From positions 424 through 64,423 of the forward strand of contig CAZEKB010000033.1 in the NCBI GenBank assembly GCA_964512225.1: DNA of 64,000 nt. The letters run 5' to 3'. This document shows positions 39,021 to 47,722 of the stretch, piece by piece (within the stretch, counting starts at the first letter, position 1; every line of letters starts with the position of its first letter). Both the position numbers and the translations under genes were made by a program. The DNA is from an uncultured Rickettsiales bacterium (GTDB taxonomy: Bacteria > Myxococcota_A > UBA796 > UBA9615). Under the pieces are notes generated by a model. The model searched no databases, was not told where the DNA came from, and worked only from the letters and a program-made list of their open reading frames with translations.

Positions 39021-40655
39021 GTGCACGTCACCCTCATCAACCCGCCGCAGGTCTTCAGCAGGTTCCAGGTCGCGGCCGGGATCACGCCGCCCCTGGGCGT
39101 GGCGTACCTCGCCGCGTACCTGCGTGAGCACGGGGTCGAGCCGACTGTCGTCGACGCGCTGGGCGAGGCCCCCTCGCGGGTGACCCCGTTCCGGGGCCCG
39201 GCTCTCCTGCGCGGCCTGGATCTCCAGCAGACGGTCGACCGGGTCGACCCGCGGACTCGGCTGATCGGCATCAGCAACCTGTTCTCCTTCGCCTACCCGG
39301 CGGTCGAGGAGCTGGTCGCCGGGCTCAAAGCGCGCCTCTCGGGCGTGCCGATCGTGCTCGGCGGCCCGCACCCCGGGGCGCTGTGGGAGCGCTGCCTGGA
39401 CGACCCGAACGTCGACTACGTGGTCTCCGGGGAGGGCGAGCAGCCGCTGCTGGAGCTGTGCGAGCACCTCGACGGCCGCCGCGGCCTCGACGACCTGGAG
39501 GCGGTGGCGTTCCGCCGCGGCGAGGAGCGGGTGCACGTCCCCCAGAAGCGCACCCTGATCCGCAAGGTCGAGGACATCCCGTGGCCCGCCCGCGACCTGC
39601 TGCCGATGGAGAACTACGTCGCCACGCAGGAGGCGCACGGGCCGGTCACGAGCCGGTGGACGAGCATCCTGAGCTCGCGGGGCTGCCCCTACGGCTGCAC
39701 GTTCTGCGAGAGCCGCAATACCCGCTGGCGTGCGCGGCCGGCGGCGGACGTGGTCGACGAGATCGAGCACTGCGTGGACCGATGGAAGATCCGCGACTTC
39801 CACTTCGAAGACGACAACATGACGATCAGCCGCCGGCGGATCCTGGAGATGGCGGCCGAGCTCGACCGTCGGGGGCTGGGGATCGACTGGCAGACGCCCA
39901 ACGGCATCCGCGCCAGCGTCACGGACGAGGCGACGCTCGAGGCGATGCGGTCGTCGGGGTGCCGGCACATCACGCTCGCTCCCGAGAGCGGGTCGCCTCG
40001 CGTGCTCCGGGACATCGTCCAGAAGGGCAAGGACTTCGAGCTCGACCAGCTGGTGGAGGTGGCCGAGCTCGCCCACGGGATGGGGATGAAGGTGGCCTCC
40101 TACTTCATCCTCGGGCTGCCCGGGGAGCGCGAGGAGGACGTCGAGCTCACGATCGCGTACAGCCGTCGACTCGCGCGGGCGGGGGTGGACGAGGTCGGCT
40201 TCGGGCTGTTCATTCCCCTGCCGGGGACGCCCCTGTGGGACGAGCTCGGCAGCCGCGTCGACGACCTCGATCTGCTCTCGCTGTTGACGGTCGACGACCT
40301 CGACTCGTCGGTGTCGTTCAACGACGACCTCGACGACGACGACCTGCGCAGGCTGCGCCGCAAGGCGTACATGCTCTTCTTCCTGACGCGCCTCCGGCAC
40401 CACCCCCGGGGGTTCCTGCGCATGGCGGCGAACGTGCTGAAGTCGCGCCAGGAGACCAAGACGGACCGCGTGCTGATCAGCCTGCTGGACCGGATCCGAG
40501 GGGACGCGGGAGAGGGCCGCACGCTGCTCGCGTACCCGTACGACGCGGCCCGGACCGTCAAGGTGTTGCTCCAGGCCGAGAGCGGGTACGCGTTCGAGAA
40601 TGGCCCCTTGAAGACGCTTCGCCTCATGTTCCGTCGCCGCCGCGCGCCGCCGTGA
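39021..40655 (+). CDS. B12-binding domain radical SAM protein
   Basis: PPLG.AYLAA, GG.HP, GEGE, SRGCPYGCTFC (CxxxCxxC), F.DDN, ESGS.R.L. Confidence 0.92.
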   Translation: MHVTLINPPQVFSRFQVAAGITPPLGVAYLAAYLREHGVEPTVVDALGEAPSRVTPFRGPALLRGLDLQQTVDRVDPRTRLIGISNLFSFAYPAVEELVAGLKARLSGVPIVLGGPHPGALWERCLDDPNVDYVVSGEGEQPLLELCEHLDGRRGLDDLEAVAFRRGEERVHVPQKRTLIRKVEDIPWPARDLLPMENYVATQEAHGPVTSRWTSILSSRGCPYGCTFCESRNTRWRARPAADVVDEIEHCVDRWKIRDFHFEDDNMTISRRRILEMAAELDRRGLGIDWQTPNGIRASVTDEATLEAMRSSGCRHITLAPESGSPRVLRDIVQKGKDFELDQLVEVAELAHGMGMKVASYFILGLPGEREEDVELTIAYSRRLARAGVDEVGFGLFIPLPGTPLWDELGSRVDDLDLLSLLTVDDLDSSVSFNDDLDDDDLRRLRRKAYMLFFLTRLRHHPRGFLRMAANVLKSRQETKTDRVLISLLDRIRGDAGEGRTLLAYPYDAARTVKVLLQAESGYAFENGPLKTLRLMFRRRRAPP

Positions 40656-41497
40656 AGCGGCTCATCGTGAGCGCCGACGACGTCGGCCTGGTCCCGGGCA
40701 TCACCGCGGGCGCGCTGCGGGCCTTGCGGGACGGGATCGTGACGTCGATCTCGGTGATGACCGCGACGTCGGGGTGGGACGCGACCCGCGCCGCGCTCGT
40801 CGACGCGGGGGTGACCCACGTGGGCGTCCACATGACCCTGTGCGAGGGCCGCCCGGTCCTCGCCGCGGAGCGGATCCCCACGCTCGTGGACCCCTCCGGT
40901 GCGTTTCCGATCGACTTCGGGGCGGTGGTCCGGCGGGTGGCGACGGGGCGGGTCGATCGCGGCGAGCTGACCCGCGAGTGGATCGCCCAGGTGCGGCGGG
41001 CGCAGGAGGCGGGGTTTCGGGTCACGCACGTGGACGGCCACAAGCACGCGCACCTGCTCCCGGGGCTCCCGCGGGTGTGTCGGGCGGTGCTCGAAGCGAC
41101 CGGAGTCCAGGGCCTGCGCCGGCCGCACGAGCCCGGTCCCGGTCCGCGGCGAGGGGTCCGCGCGGCCCTCTCCCTGGCTTCGACCGCCGCGGGGCGGTGC
41201 GGACGGGCCCCGGATCGGTGCGTCGGGATCGGCGTGGCGGGCGGGCTGACGGAGGACCGGCTGCTGGAGCTGCTGGGCAGGCTGCCCGACGGCACCTCGG
41301 AGCTGGTGTCCCACCCCGGGGCAGGCGGGGCGCAGCTCGTGACCGCCATGGAGGCGGACGGGCTGGCCTGGGGGCGCGACTACGGGTTCGGGGACGAGCT
41401 CGCGGCGCTGACGTCGCCCCGGGTGCGGGCGGCGGTGGAGGCGGCGGACATCGAGCTGATCTCCTGGGCGACGTTCCTCGAGGGCGCGCCGGTCTAG
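40652..41497 (+). CDS. ChbG/HpnK (YdjC) family deacetylase
   Basis: LIV.ADD.G, G.VTS.S.M, VGVH.TL.EG, THVDGH.H.H, EL..HPG. Confidence 0.9.
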   Translation: MKRLIVSADDVGLVPGITAGALRALRDGIVTSISVMTATSGWDATRAALVDAGVTHVGVHMTLCEGRPVLAAERIPTLVDPSGAFPIDFGAVVRRVATGRVDRGELTREWIAQVRRAQEAGFRVTHVDGHKHAHLLPGLPRVCRAVLEATGVQGLRRPHEPGPGPRRGVRAALSLASTAAGRCGRAPDRCVGIGVAGGLTEDRLLELLGRLPDGTSELVSHPGAGGAQLVTAMEADGLAWGRDYGFGDELAALTSPRVRAAVEAADIELISWATFLEGAPV

Positions 41498-43578
41498 GGG
41501 ACGACGAAGGGGTCCACGGAGTCGCCCGCGCGCCAGGAGGCCCGGGCGTCGGCGAAGGCCCAGCCCCGGGCGAAGCCGTCCGCGAGGGCCGGCTCCCACC
41601 CCGCGAGGCTCTCGGGAGACCACTGCGTCGTGGGCGCGATCCGGCGCAGCCTGGAGGCCGCCCCGTAGACGATGTTCGGGCCGAACTCCGCCGACGTGAA
41701 GAGCGGGTGGCCGCCGCGGCCGAAGAGGGCCTCGGGCGTCGTCACGCGGGCGAGCTCGGTGTCGACGTGCAGGCGCCCGATGAGCGGGCACAGCGGGCGC
41801 GTCCCCCAGGACGTGGCCGCGCAGGCGGCGCGCACGAACGTCGTGCCGCGGCCTTGGACGGCGTCGAAGGGGAGGCCCTCCTGGAACCCGCGCAGCAGCA
41901 CCTCGCCCCGCTCGGGGCCGAGCGACTCGGCGTTGGCGAACACGCCCGCGACGAGCTCCTCGACGGGGATCTCGGCGTGGCTGTGGGGGGCGTCGCCGAG
42001 GACCCGGCCCATGCCCTGGACCAGGAACGGCACGTCCTTGGGCAGCGGCCGCCCCCAGTGCTCCTCGAACTCGTCGAGGCGGCGGCTCAGGTACGCCGGA
42101 TCCGCCACGAGCTTGGTCGCGTCGGCCGCCCAGTAGCGGCCCGCGGCGCGCCGGTGGGCGGCGCGGCTGATCGGGTCCGGGTGCCCGCACCGGACGTGCC
42201 AGTACATCCCGGGCCCCCGGCCGAGGCCGGGCCCGTAGAAGCCGAGGTAGGAGAAAGGGTCCAGCTCGTCGCGGAGCTGGTCGGGCTCGGCGTAGTGCTC
42301 CGCGTCCAGGGCGGCGGCCCAAGCCCCCGCGCCGACGACCCAGAGCACGCCGAAGGATGCCGCCCGGGTCCACCTCCATCGCCACAGCAGCCCCGCGGCG
42401 CCCGCCAGGCCCAGGGTCCAGGCGAGCTGGATCGGCACGACGTAGCGCGGCGCCGGGACCCCGGGGGCGCCGACCACGACGGGGTCCGCGAGGGTCTGCA
42501 GGATGGTCGGGTCGACCCGGAAGGGGGCCACGACGTAGCTCGCCGCGTAGCCCGCCCCCAGGGCCAGGAGGACCGCGGCCGCCCACCCCGCAGCCCGGGT
42601 CGGGGCCTTCGCGAGTGAGCCGAGGGCCGCCGCCAGGAGGCCGATCCCCACGAGCCACGCCGCCGACCAGGTGCGGCCCGCCCACGCGAACAGCTCGAGG
42701 TGGTGGCGGTCGCCCGCGTCGCCCGCGATCGCGAACAGGTAGGGGCGGAGCGTGACGCCGAGGGCCTCGAGGGTCTTTTCGGCGTACGCGGGGGTCGCCG
42801 ACTCCGCCCGGATCGCCCCCATGACCTCGCGGAATACGAGGCCGAAGCCGCGGTTCGCGAGGGGGCCCCCGTCGGCGGTGAGGAAGAGCGCGTTGGCGGC
42901 CCCCAGGAGTGGGAACCCGAGGAGGCCGACGGCGCATCCGGCGAGGGCCCGCAGGCCGCCGGGCGCGAGGGCGACGAGCAGCGCGGGCCCCGCGGCCACG
43001 GCCGTCCGGATGTACCAGGCCCCGAAGGCGAGGGCCGCCCCCGCGGCGAGACCGCGTCTCCAGGTCGGCGGGCCGCGGCCGGAGACGGCGATGGCGAGGG
43101 GCACGAGGCCGTAGAGGAACCCCGACGAGTGGCCCCCCGCGGGGGTGAGGAGGCCGTCCTTGATCACGAACGGGGACGCCGCGAGCAGCAGGAGGAAGGC
43201 GACGGCGCCGACGGGCCCGGTGAGCCGACGGAGCAGGACGACACCGGCGGCCGCGATCCCCATGGCGTAGGCGAGGCCGTACCACTTCCAGGCGAGGAGG
43301 TGGTCGCCGAAGACGGCGAACCCCAGGGCCGACAGCAGGGCGTCGACCACGCTCGATCCCTGGTAGACGTTCCCCTGGAACCACCTCAGCTGCTGGATGT
43401 GGCCGTGCAGCAGCTCGCGGCCCGCGGTGGGGACGAGCAGGGACTCGTGGTCGTGCAGGTAGGCCGCGTGACCCTCGAGGCGCACGAGGAAGGCGGCCCC
43501 CACCACCGCGACCCCGAGGGCCCAGGCGGCCGCCTCGAGCGCCGCCCGCCGACGCTCAGAAGAGGTGGTCGTGGTCAT
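41494..43578 (-). CDS. Polytopic membrane protein, GT-C/ArnT-like
   Basis: About 10-12 hydrophobic helices, N-terminal loop with DHE and YQG, soluble C-terminal domain. Confidence 0.6.
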   Translation of the reverse strand: MTTTTSSERRRAALEAAAWALGVAVVGAAFLVRLEGHAAYLHDHESLLVPTAGRELLHGHIQQLRWFQGNVYQGSSVVDALLSALGFAVFGDHLLAWKWYGLAYAMGIAAAGVVLLRRLTGPVGAVAFLLLLAASPFVIKDGLLTPAGGHSSGFLYGLVPLAIAVSGRGPPTWRRGLAAGAALAFGAWYIRTAVAAGPALLVALAPGGLRALAGCAVGLLGFPLLGAANALFLTADGGPLANRGFGLVFREVMGAIRAESATPAYAEKTLEALGVTLRPYLFAIAGDAGDRHHLELFAWAGRTWSAAWLVGIGLLAAALGSLAKAPTRAAGWAAAVLLALGAGYAASYVVAPFRVDPTILQTLADPVVVGAPGVPAPRYVVPIQLAWTLGLAGAAGLLWRWRWTRAASFGVLWVVGAGAWAAALDAEHYAEPDQLRDELDPFSYLGFYGPGLGRGPGMYWHVRCGHPDPISRAAHRRAAGRYWAADATKLVADPAYLSRRLDEFEEHWGRPLPKDVPFLVQGMGRVLGDAPHSHAEIPVEELVAGVFANAESLGPERGEVLLRGFQEGLPFDAVQGRGTTFVRAACAATSWGTRPLCPLIGRLHVDTELARVTTPEALFGRGGHPLFTSAEFGPNIVYGAASRLRRIAPTTQWSPESLAGWEPALADGFARGWAFADARASWRAGDSVDPFVVP

Positions 43579-44161
43579 GGTCGTGGGTGCGGAGGTGCCC
43601 GAGCACGTGGAGCAGGGCCCCCGCGAGGGCGCACAGCAGGAGCGCGGTGACGGGTCCCCCCGTGGCCGGGGTGACGGTGGTCGTCGTCCAGAACCCGACG
43701 GCGGTGCAGGCCGCCGTGGCCGCGAGCACCGCCGCCGCGGCGGCGGCTCCGGCGCGGTGCTTCACGATCCGCCAGGTGGCGACCCCCACCGGCAGGGTGT
43801 GGACCAGCACGGCGGCGGCCAGCGGGTGTTCGTGGCCGTGCCCGCCCGGGGCGGCGAGGGCGGCGCCGTCCACGAGCGCGTGGAGCAGGAGGGCGCCGAT
43901 GGCGAGCCACGCGCCGCCGTGGGCGAGGCCCGGGATCCGGTGCAGCAGGGAGGCGAACAGCGCGCCCCCGGCGAGCGCGGGCACGGCGGGCCATCCGATG
44001 GCCTCGAGACCGTAGGGCAGCACGGTGAGGGCCACGACCGCCACGACGACGACGACCACCACGACGTCCACGATCCGCTGCAGGACCGGGTGGCGGTCCC
44101 AGAGGCGATCGAGCAGCGGAGCCGCCGCGAGGGCGAGCAGGGCGAGGAGGAGAGGCAGCAA
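43556..44161 (-). CDS. ZIP/ZupT-like metal transporter
   Basis: LHALVDGAAL and VLVHTLPVG resemble ZIP TM4/TM5 motifs; His-rich loop GHGHEH and tail HDHDHDH. Confidence 0.6.
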   Translation of the reverse strand: MLPLLLALLALAAAPLLDRLWDRHPVLQRIVDVVVVVVVVAVVALTVLPYGLEAIGWPAVPALAGGALFASLLHRIPGLAHGGAWLAIGALLLHALVDGAALAAPGGHGHEHPLAAAVLVHTLPVGVATWRIVKHRAGAAAAAAVLAATAACTAVGFWTTTTVTPATGGPVTALLLCALAGALLHVLGHLRTHDHDHDHLF

Positions 44162-44173
44162 GGGCGCCGGAGT

Positions 44174-45661
44174 CTACTCGACGAGCGGGGGGCGACGGTC
44201 CTTCCAGGGGCGCGCCTCTTCGAGCTGGGCGGCGAGCCGGAACAGGGTGGCCTCGTCGCCGAAGCGGCCCACGAACTGCACGCCCACGGGGAGGCCGTCG
44301 TCGGTCCAGTGCAGGGGCAGCGAGACCCCCGGCTGGCCCGTCTGGTTGAAGAGCTGGGTGTTCGGCGTGGCGGAGAGGGCGTCGGTGCCCATGGTGTCGA
44401 GGGCGAGGTCCAGGAGTCGGGGGAGGGGGAACCGCCCCAGCGCCTTGAGCTGCAGGTCCTTGCTGCCCGACGGGTAGAGCTCGCCGACCTTCGCGGGGGG
44501 GCGGGCGAGGGTGCTCGTCACGAAGACGTCGTGGTCGGCGAAGAAGGCGGCCACGTCGCGGGAGACGCGCTGCATCGTGACCTGCGCGGCGAGCAGCTCG
44601 GGGGCCGTCGTCTTGCGGCCGGCGCAGGCGAGCAGCCACGTCGCGGGCTCGTAGTCGGACGCCCGGGGGCGCTTGCGGCCGGCGTGCTTCGCCGCCTGCT
44701 CCACGAACCAGGCGACGCCGGTGGCGACGGTCAGGAAGTAGGCGCGGACCATCTCCGGCACAGGCACGCTGGGCGCGGCCTGCACCACGTCGTGTCCCAG
44801 CTCCTCGAGCAGCGCCGCGGTCTCCTCGACGGCCGCGCGGCACGCCGGATCGGTGGTGCCGGCGTAGAGCGTGTCGGTCGTGAATGCGATCCGGAGCCGG
44901 CCCGGCGGCGCCCCGACCTCGTCTCGCCAGGGCCGCTCCTTCGCGGGCTGCGCGTAGGGCTCTCCGGGGGTGGCGACGGCCTCCAGATCGAGGAGCAGCG
45001 CGCTGTCCCGCACGGTCCGGGAGACGACGTGCTCCTGGACGAACCCGCCCCACGACTCGCCCGCGAAGGGCGCCTGGGTGACGCGCCCCCGGGTGGGCTT
45101 CAGGCCGACGAGCCCGCAGGCGGAGGCGGGGATGCGGATCGAGCCCCCGCCGTCGCCCGCGTGGGCGATCGGCACCATGCGGGCCGCCACCGCCGCCGCC
45201 GCGCCGCCGGAGCTGCCGCCCGGCGTGTGATCGACGTTCCAGGGGTTGCGGCACGGCCCCCGCAGGGCGGGCTCGGTGATCCCCATGATCCCGAACTCGG
45301 GGGTGTTGGTCTTGCCGAGGATCTGCAGGCCCGCGGCCTCGTAGCGCGCCGCGGTCACCGACGTCGCGTCCGGGATCCAGTCGGCGGTGAGGCGGCAGCT
45401 GTTGCTGGTCGGCGTGCCCGCGATCGCGAGCTTGAGGTCCTTCACCAGGAACGGGACGCCCCGGAGCGGGCCGTCGGGGAGGTCGTCGGCGCGCGCCCGG
45501 GCGCGGTCCTCGAGGTCGTGCACCACGGCGTTGAGGGCCGGGTTGCGGGCCGCGATGCGGTCGACCGCGGCCTGGAGCGCCTCGGTGGGGGAGACCTCGC
45601 CGTCGCGGATGAGCGCGGCGAGGCCGATGGCGTCGAGGTCGTCGTACTCGGGGAGGATCAT
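44174..45661 (-). CDS. Amidase signature family enzyme
   Basis: [48 protein letters not shown]. Confidence 0.93.
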   Translation of the reverse strand: MILPEYDDLDAIGLAALIRDGEVSPTEALQAAVDRIAARNPALNAVVHDLEDRARARADDLPDGPLRGVPFLVKDLKLAIAGTPTSNSCRLTADWIPDATSVTAARYEAAGLQILGKTNTPEFGIMGITEPALRGPCRNPWNVDHTPGGSSGGAAAAVAARMVPIAHAGDGGGSIRIPASACGLVGLKPTRGRVTQAPFAGESWGGFVQEHVVSRTVRDSALLLDLEAVATPGEPYAQPAKERPWRDEVGAPPGRLRIAFTTDTLYAGTTDPACRAAVEETAALLEELGHDVVQAAPSVPVPEMVRAYFLTVATGVAWFVEQAAKHAGRKRPRASDYEPATWLLACAGRKTTAPELLAAQVTMQRVSRDVAAFFADHDVFVTSTLARPPAKVGELYPSGSKDLQLKALGRFPLPRLLDLALDTMGTDALSATPNTQLFNQTGQPGVSLPLHWTDDGLPVGVQFVGRFGDEATLFRLAAQLEEARPWKDRRPPLVE

Positions 45662-46023
45662 GACGCGCGGCCGCTCACGGCGGGCGCCGCGGGGCCCATG
45701 ATCAGCCACACGGCGGCGATCAGCAGCGCGAAGCCGACGAGTTGGCGCGCGCCGAGCGGCTCCCCGAGGACGTAGCGCGAGACCAGCGCGACGCACACCA
45801 CCCCCCCGGCGAGGTGGATCGTCGCCATCTGCGCGCCGGTGAAGAGTCCGTGCCCCATGCGCGTGGCGCTCACGTTCAGCAGGTACTCGGGCAGGACGAG
45901 CAGCCAGCTCGCGGCGAGCGCCACCCAGAACGACCAGTCGTCCTTGAAGCGCAGGTGGCCGAGCCAGGCCATCGCCATCATCGAGCTGGAGAAGAGCAAC
46001 ATCAGGGGGACGAGCACGTGCAT
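45658..46023 (-). CDS. Small DMT-superfamily membrane protein (DUF486-like)
   Basis: S...M..AW.GHL......W......SW....PEY; four TM helices; ATGA overlap with amidase. Confidence 0.8.
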   Translation of the reverse strand: MHVLVPLMLLFSSSMMAMAWLGHLRFKDDWSFWVALAASWLLVLPEYLLNVSATRMGHGLFTGAQMATIHLAGGVVCVALVSRYVLGEPLGARQLVGFALLIAAVWLIMGPAAPAVSGRAS

Positions 46024-46073
46024 GCATCGCGGGGTAGCGCGAGGGGAGGGTGCTCCGCAACTCCACGTCGCAT

Positions 46074-46156
46074 TGAACATGTTCAGAAAGTGGTTGATCC
46101 GCGGGAGGCCCACCCCTAGATTGAACACGTTCAACACCATGGAGTGAACACGTTCA
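46074..46156. promoter_or_regulatory. Three TGAACA(T/C)GTTCA palindromes (putative TetR operators)
   Basis: Copies at 46074-46085, 46122-46133 and 46145-46156; the last abuts the ATG at 46157. Confidence 0.8.
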
Positions 46157-47722
46157 ATGTCGAAGCCGTCGAAGCAGTCCGCCCGTCTCCGCATCCTCGA
46201 AGCCGCGTTCCAGGAGTTCGCCGATCGCGGGTTCGAGGCCACCACGATGCGCGGCGTCGCCAAGCGCGCCGGGTGCTCGCTGGGCCTCGCGTACGCCTAC
46301 TTCCCCTCGAAGCACGGGCTGGGGCTGGCGCTGTACCGACGCGTCGCGGACGAGGTGGAGCGCGAGATCCCCAACCTGCCCGACGGCACGGTCGCGGAGC
46401 GGTTCGGCGCGCTCATGGAGGCGAAGTTCGGGTTCCTCGACGCTCACCGCCCGACGCTGACCGCCCTGATCGCCGCGGGGATCGACCCCACGGGTCCCCT
46501 CGGGGCGCTCTCCGACGCCACGGCCGCGATCCGCTCCCGGAACTCCGCGGCGTTCGCGGCGGCGGTGGCGGGCGCGACGGACGCGCCGAAGGAGTCGAAG
46601 GACCGAGCGGCGCTCGGGCGGCTCGCCTACGGCATCCACCTCCTGCTCATCCTCGTGTGGACCCAGGACGTGGAGGGCAGGCTGGCCCGCGAGGTCCTCG
46701 GGGTGGCGTGCCGCGTCCTCAAGGGCGCCGTCCCGTTGATCCTGCTGCCCCCGATCAAGGGCCCGCTCGACCGCCTCGACGCGGCGTTCGGCGACCGCCT
46801 CACGGCGGCCGTGAGCGCCGACGTGGAGGAGCGCGCCCGCATCGTCGTCACCCGGCTCATGCGGCACCGTCGGGTCCTCCCCAGCGTCGGCCCGGTGGAC
46901 GACGCGGCGATGGCGCCGCACCTCGTCCGCGTCCGCGCGGCGATCGTGGAGGGCCGCCCGCTCGAGCTCGTGCTCCCCGGCTTCCCGGCGAAGTCGCCGA
47001 GCCCGTTCAAGACCCTCGGGCCGCTCCCCGACATGGCGGAGCGGCTCGCGCTCCGGTCGCTTCAGGACCTGTGCGACGAGCTGTCCGAGGCGCACGCCCC
47101 CGGCGTCACGCTCACGCTCTGCTCGGACGGCGGCGTGTTCGCCGACCTCGTGGGCGTGTCCGATGAAGACGTGATCGCCTACGGGGAGCACATCGACGCG
47201 TGGATCGAGGACCTGCCGTCGCTCCGCCGGTTCGATCTCCCCGACGCGTTCGGTCCGATGGCGCCGTCGGACGCCCGGGCGCGTCTGATGGACGGGTGGT
47301 CCGAGGACACGGAGGTGCTGCGCCGCCGCGCCCGGGAGGTGCCCGCCCTGCGCACCCTCCTGGACGGCCTCCAGCGGTTCCTGTTCGAGGATCGTCTCGG
47401 GGTCGACCGGCGGAGCCGCACGCAGATCCGCAAGAGCGCGGGGGCGGACGCGATCGAGCTCCTGCGTCGATCGCGTGCGTGGGGTCGACTCGTCGCGTTC
47501 CAGTTCCCGGACGCCGTGCGCCTCAGCATCCACCCGCAGCCCGCGCTGTCGGACAAGCTCGGCGTGCACCTGGTGCCCACGGCCGATGCGTGGCTGACGC
47601 CGTGGCACGGGGTCGCGCTCCTGGGGGAGGACGGCTTCGAGCTGGTGAAGCGTCGGGACGCCGAGGAGTGCCAGGCCCGCCTCGTCCTGGCCGACGGCCG
47701 CCCGAGCCACTTCGAGCGATGA
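46157..47722 (+). CDS. TetR regulator fused to isonitrile synthase (PvcA/IsnA/Dit1 family)
   Basis: N-terminal TetR HTH (ILEAA...F..RGF..TTMR.VAKRAG.S.G..Y.YFPSK); C-terminal LPGFPAKSP, GPLPD.AE.LAL, CSDG..F.DL, S.AW, RLSIHPQ, K.GV.L, W.TPWH. Confidence 0.88.
   Translation: MSKPSKQSARLRILEAAFQEFADRGFEATTMRGVAKRAGCSLGLAYAYFPSKHGLGLALYRRVADEVEREIPNLPDGTVAERFGALMEAKFGFLDAHRPTLTALIAAGIDPTGPLGALSDATAAIRSRNSAAFAAAVAGATDAPKESKDRAALGRLAYGIHLLLILVWTQDVEGRLAREVLGVACRVLKGAVPLILLPPIKGPLDRLDAAFGDRLTAAVSADVEERARIVVTRLMRHRRVLPSVGPVDDAAMAPHLVRVRAAIVEGRPLELVLPGFPAKSPSPFKTLGPLPDMAERLALRSLQDLCDELSEAHAPGVTLTLCSDGGVFADLVGVSDEDVIAYGEHIDAWIEDLPSLRRFDLPDAFGPMAPSDARARLMDGWSEDTEVLRRRAREVPALRTLLDGLQRFLFEDRLGVDRRSRTQIRKSAGADAIELLRRSRAWGRLVAFQFPDAVRLSIHPQPALSDKLGVHLVPTADAWLTPWHGVALLGEDGFELVKRRDAEECQARLVLADGRPSHFER

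Noticed and set aside
38328-41497. Definite hopanoid genes hpnI/hpnJ/hpnK
   Set aside because: Family-level resemblance only and no other hpn genes nearby, so symbols were not assigned
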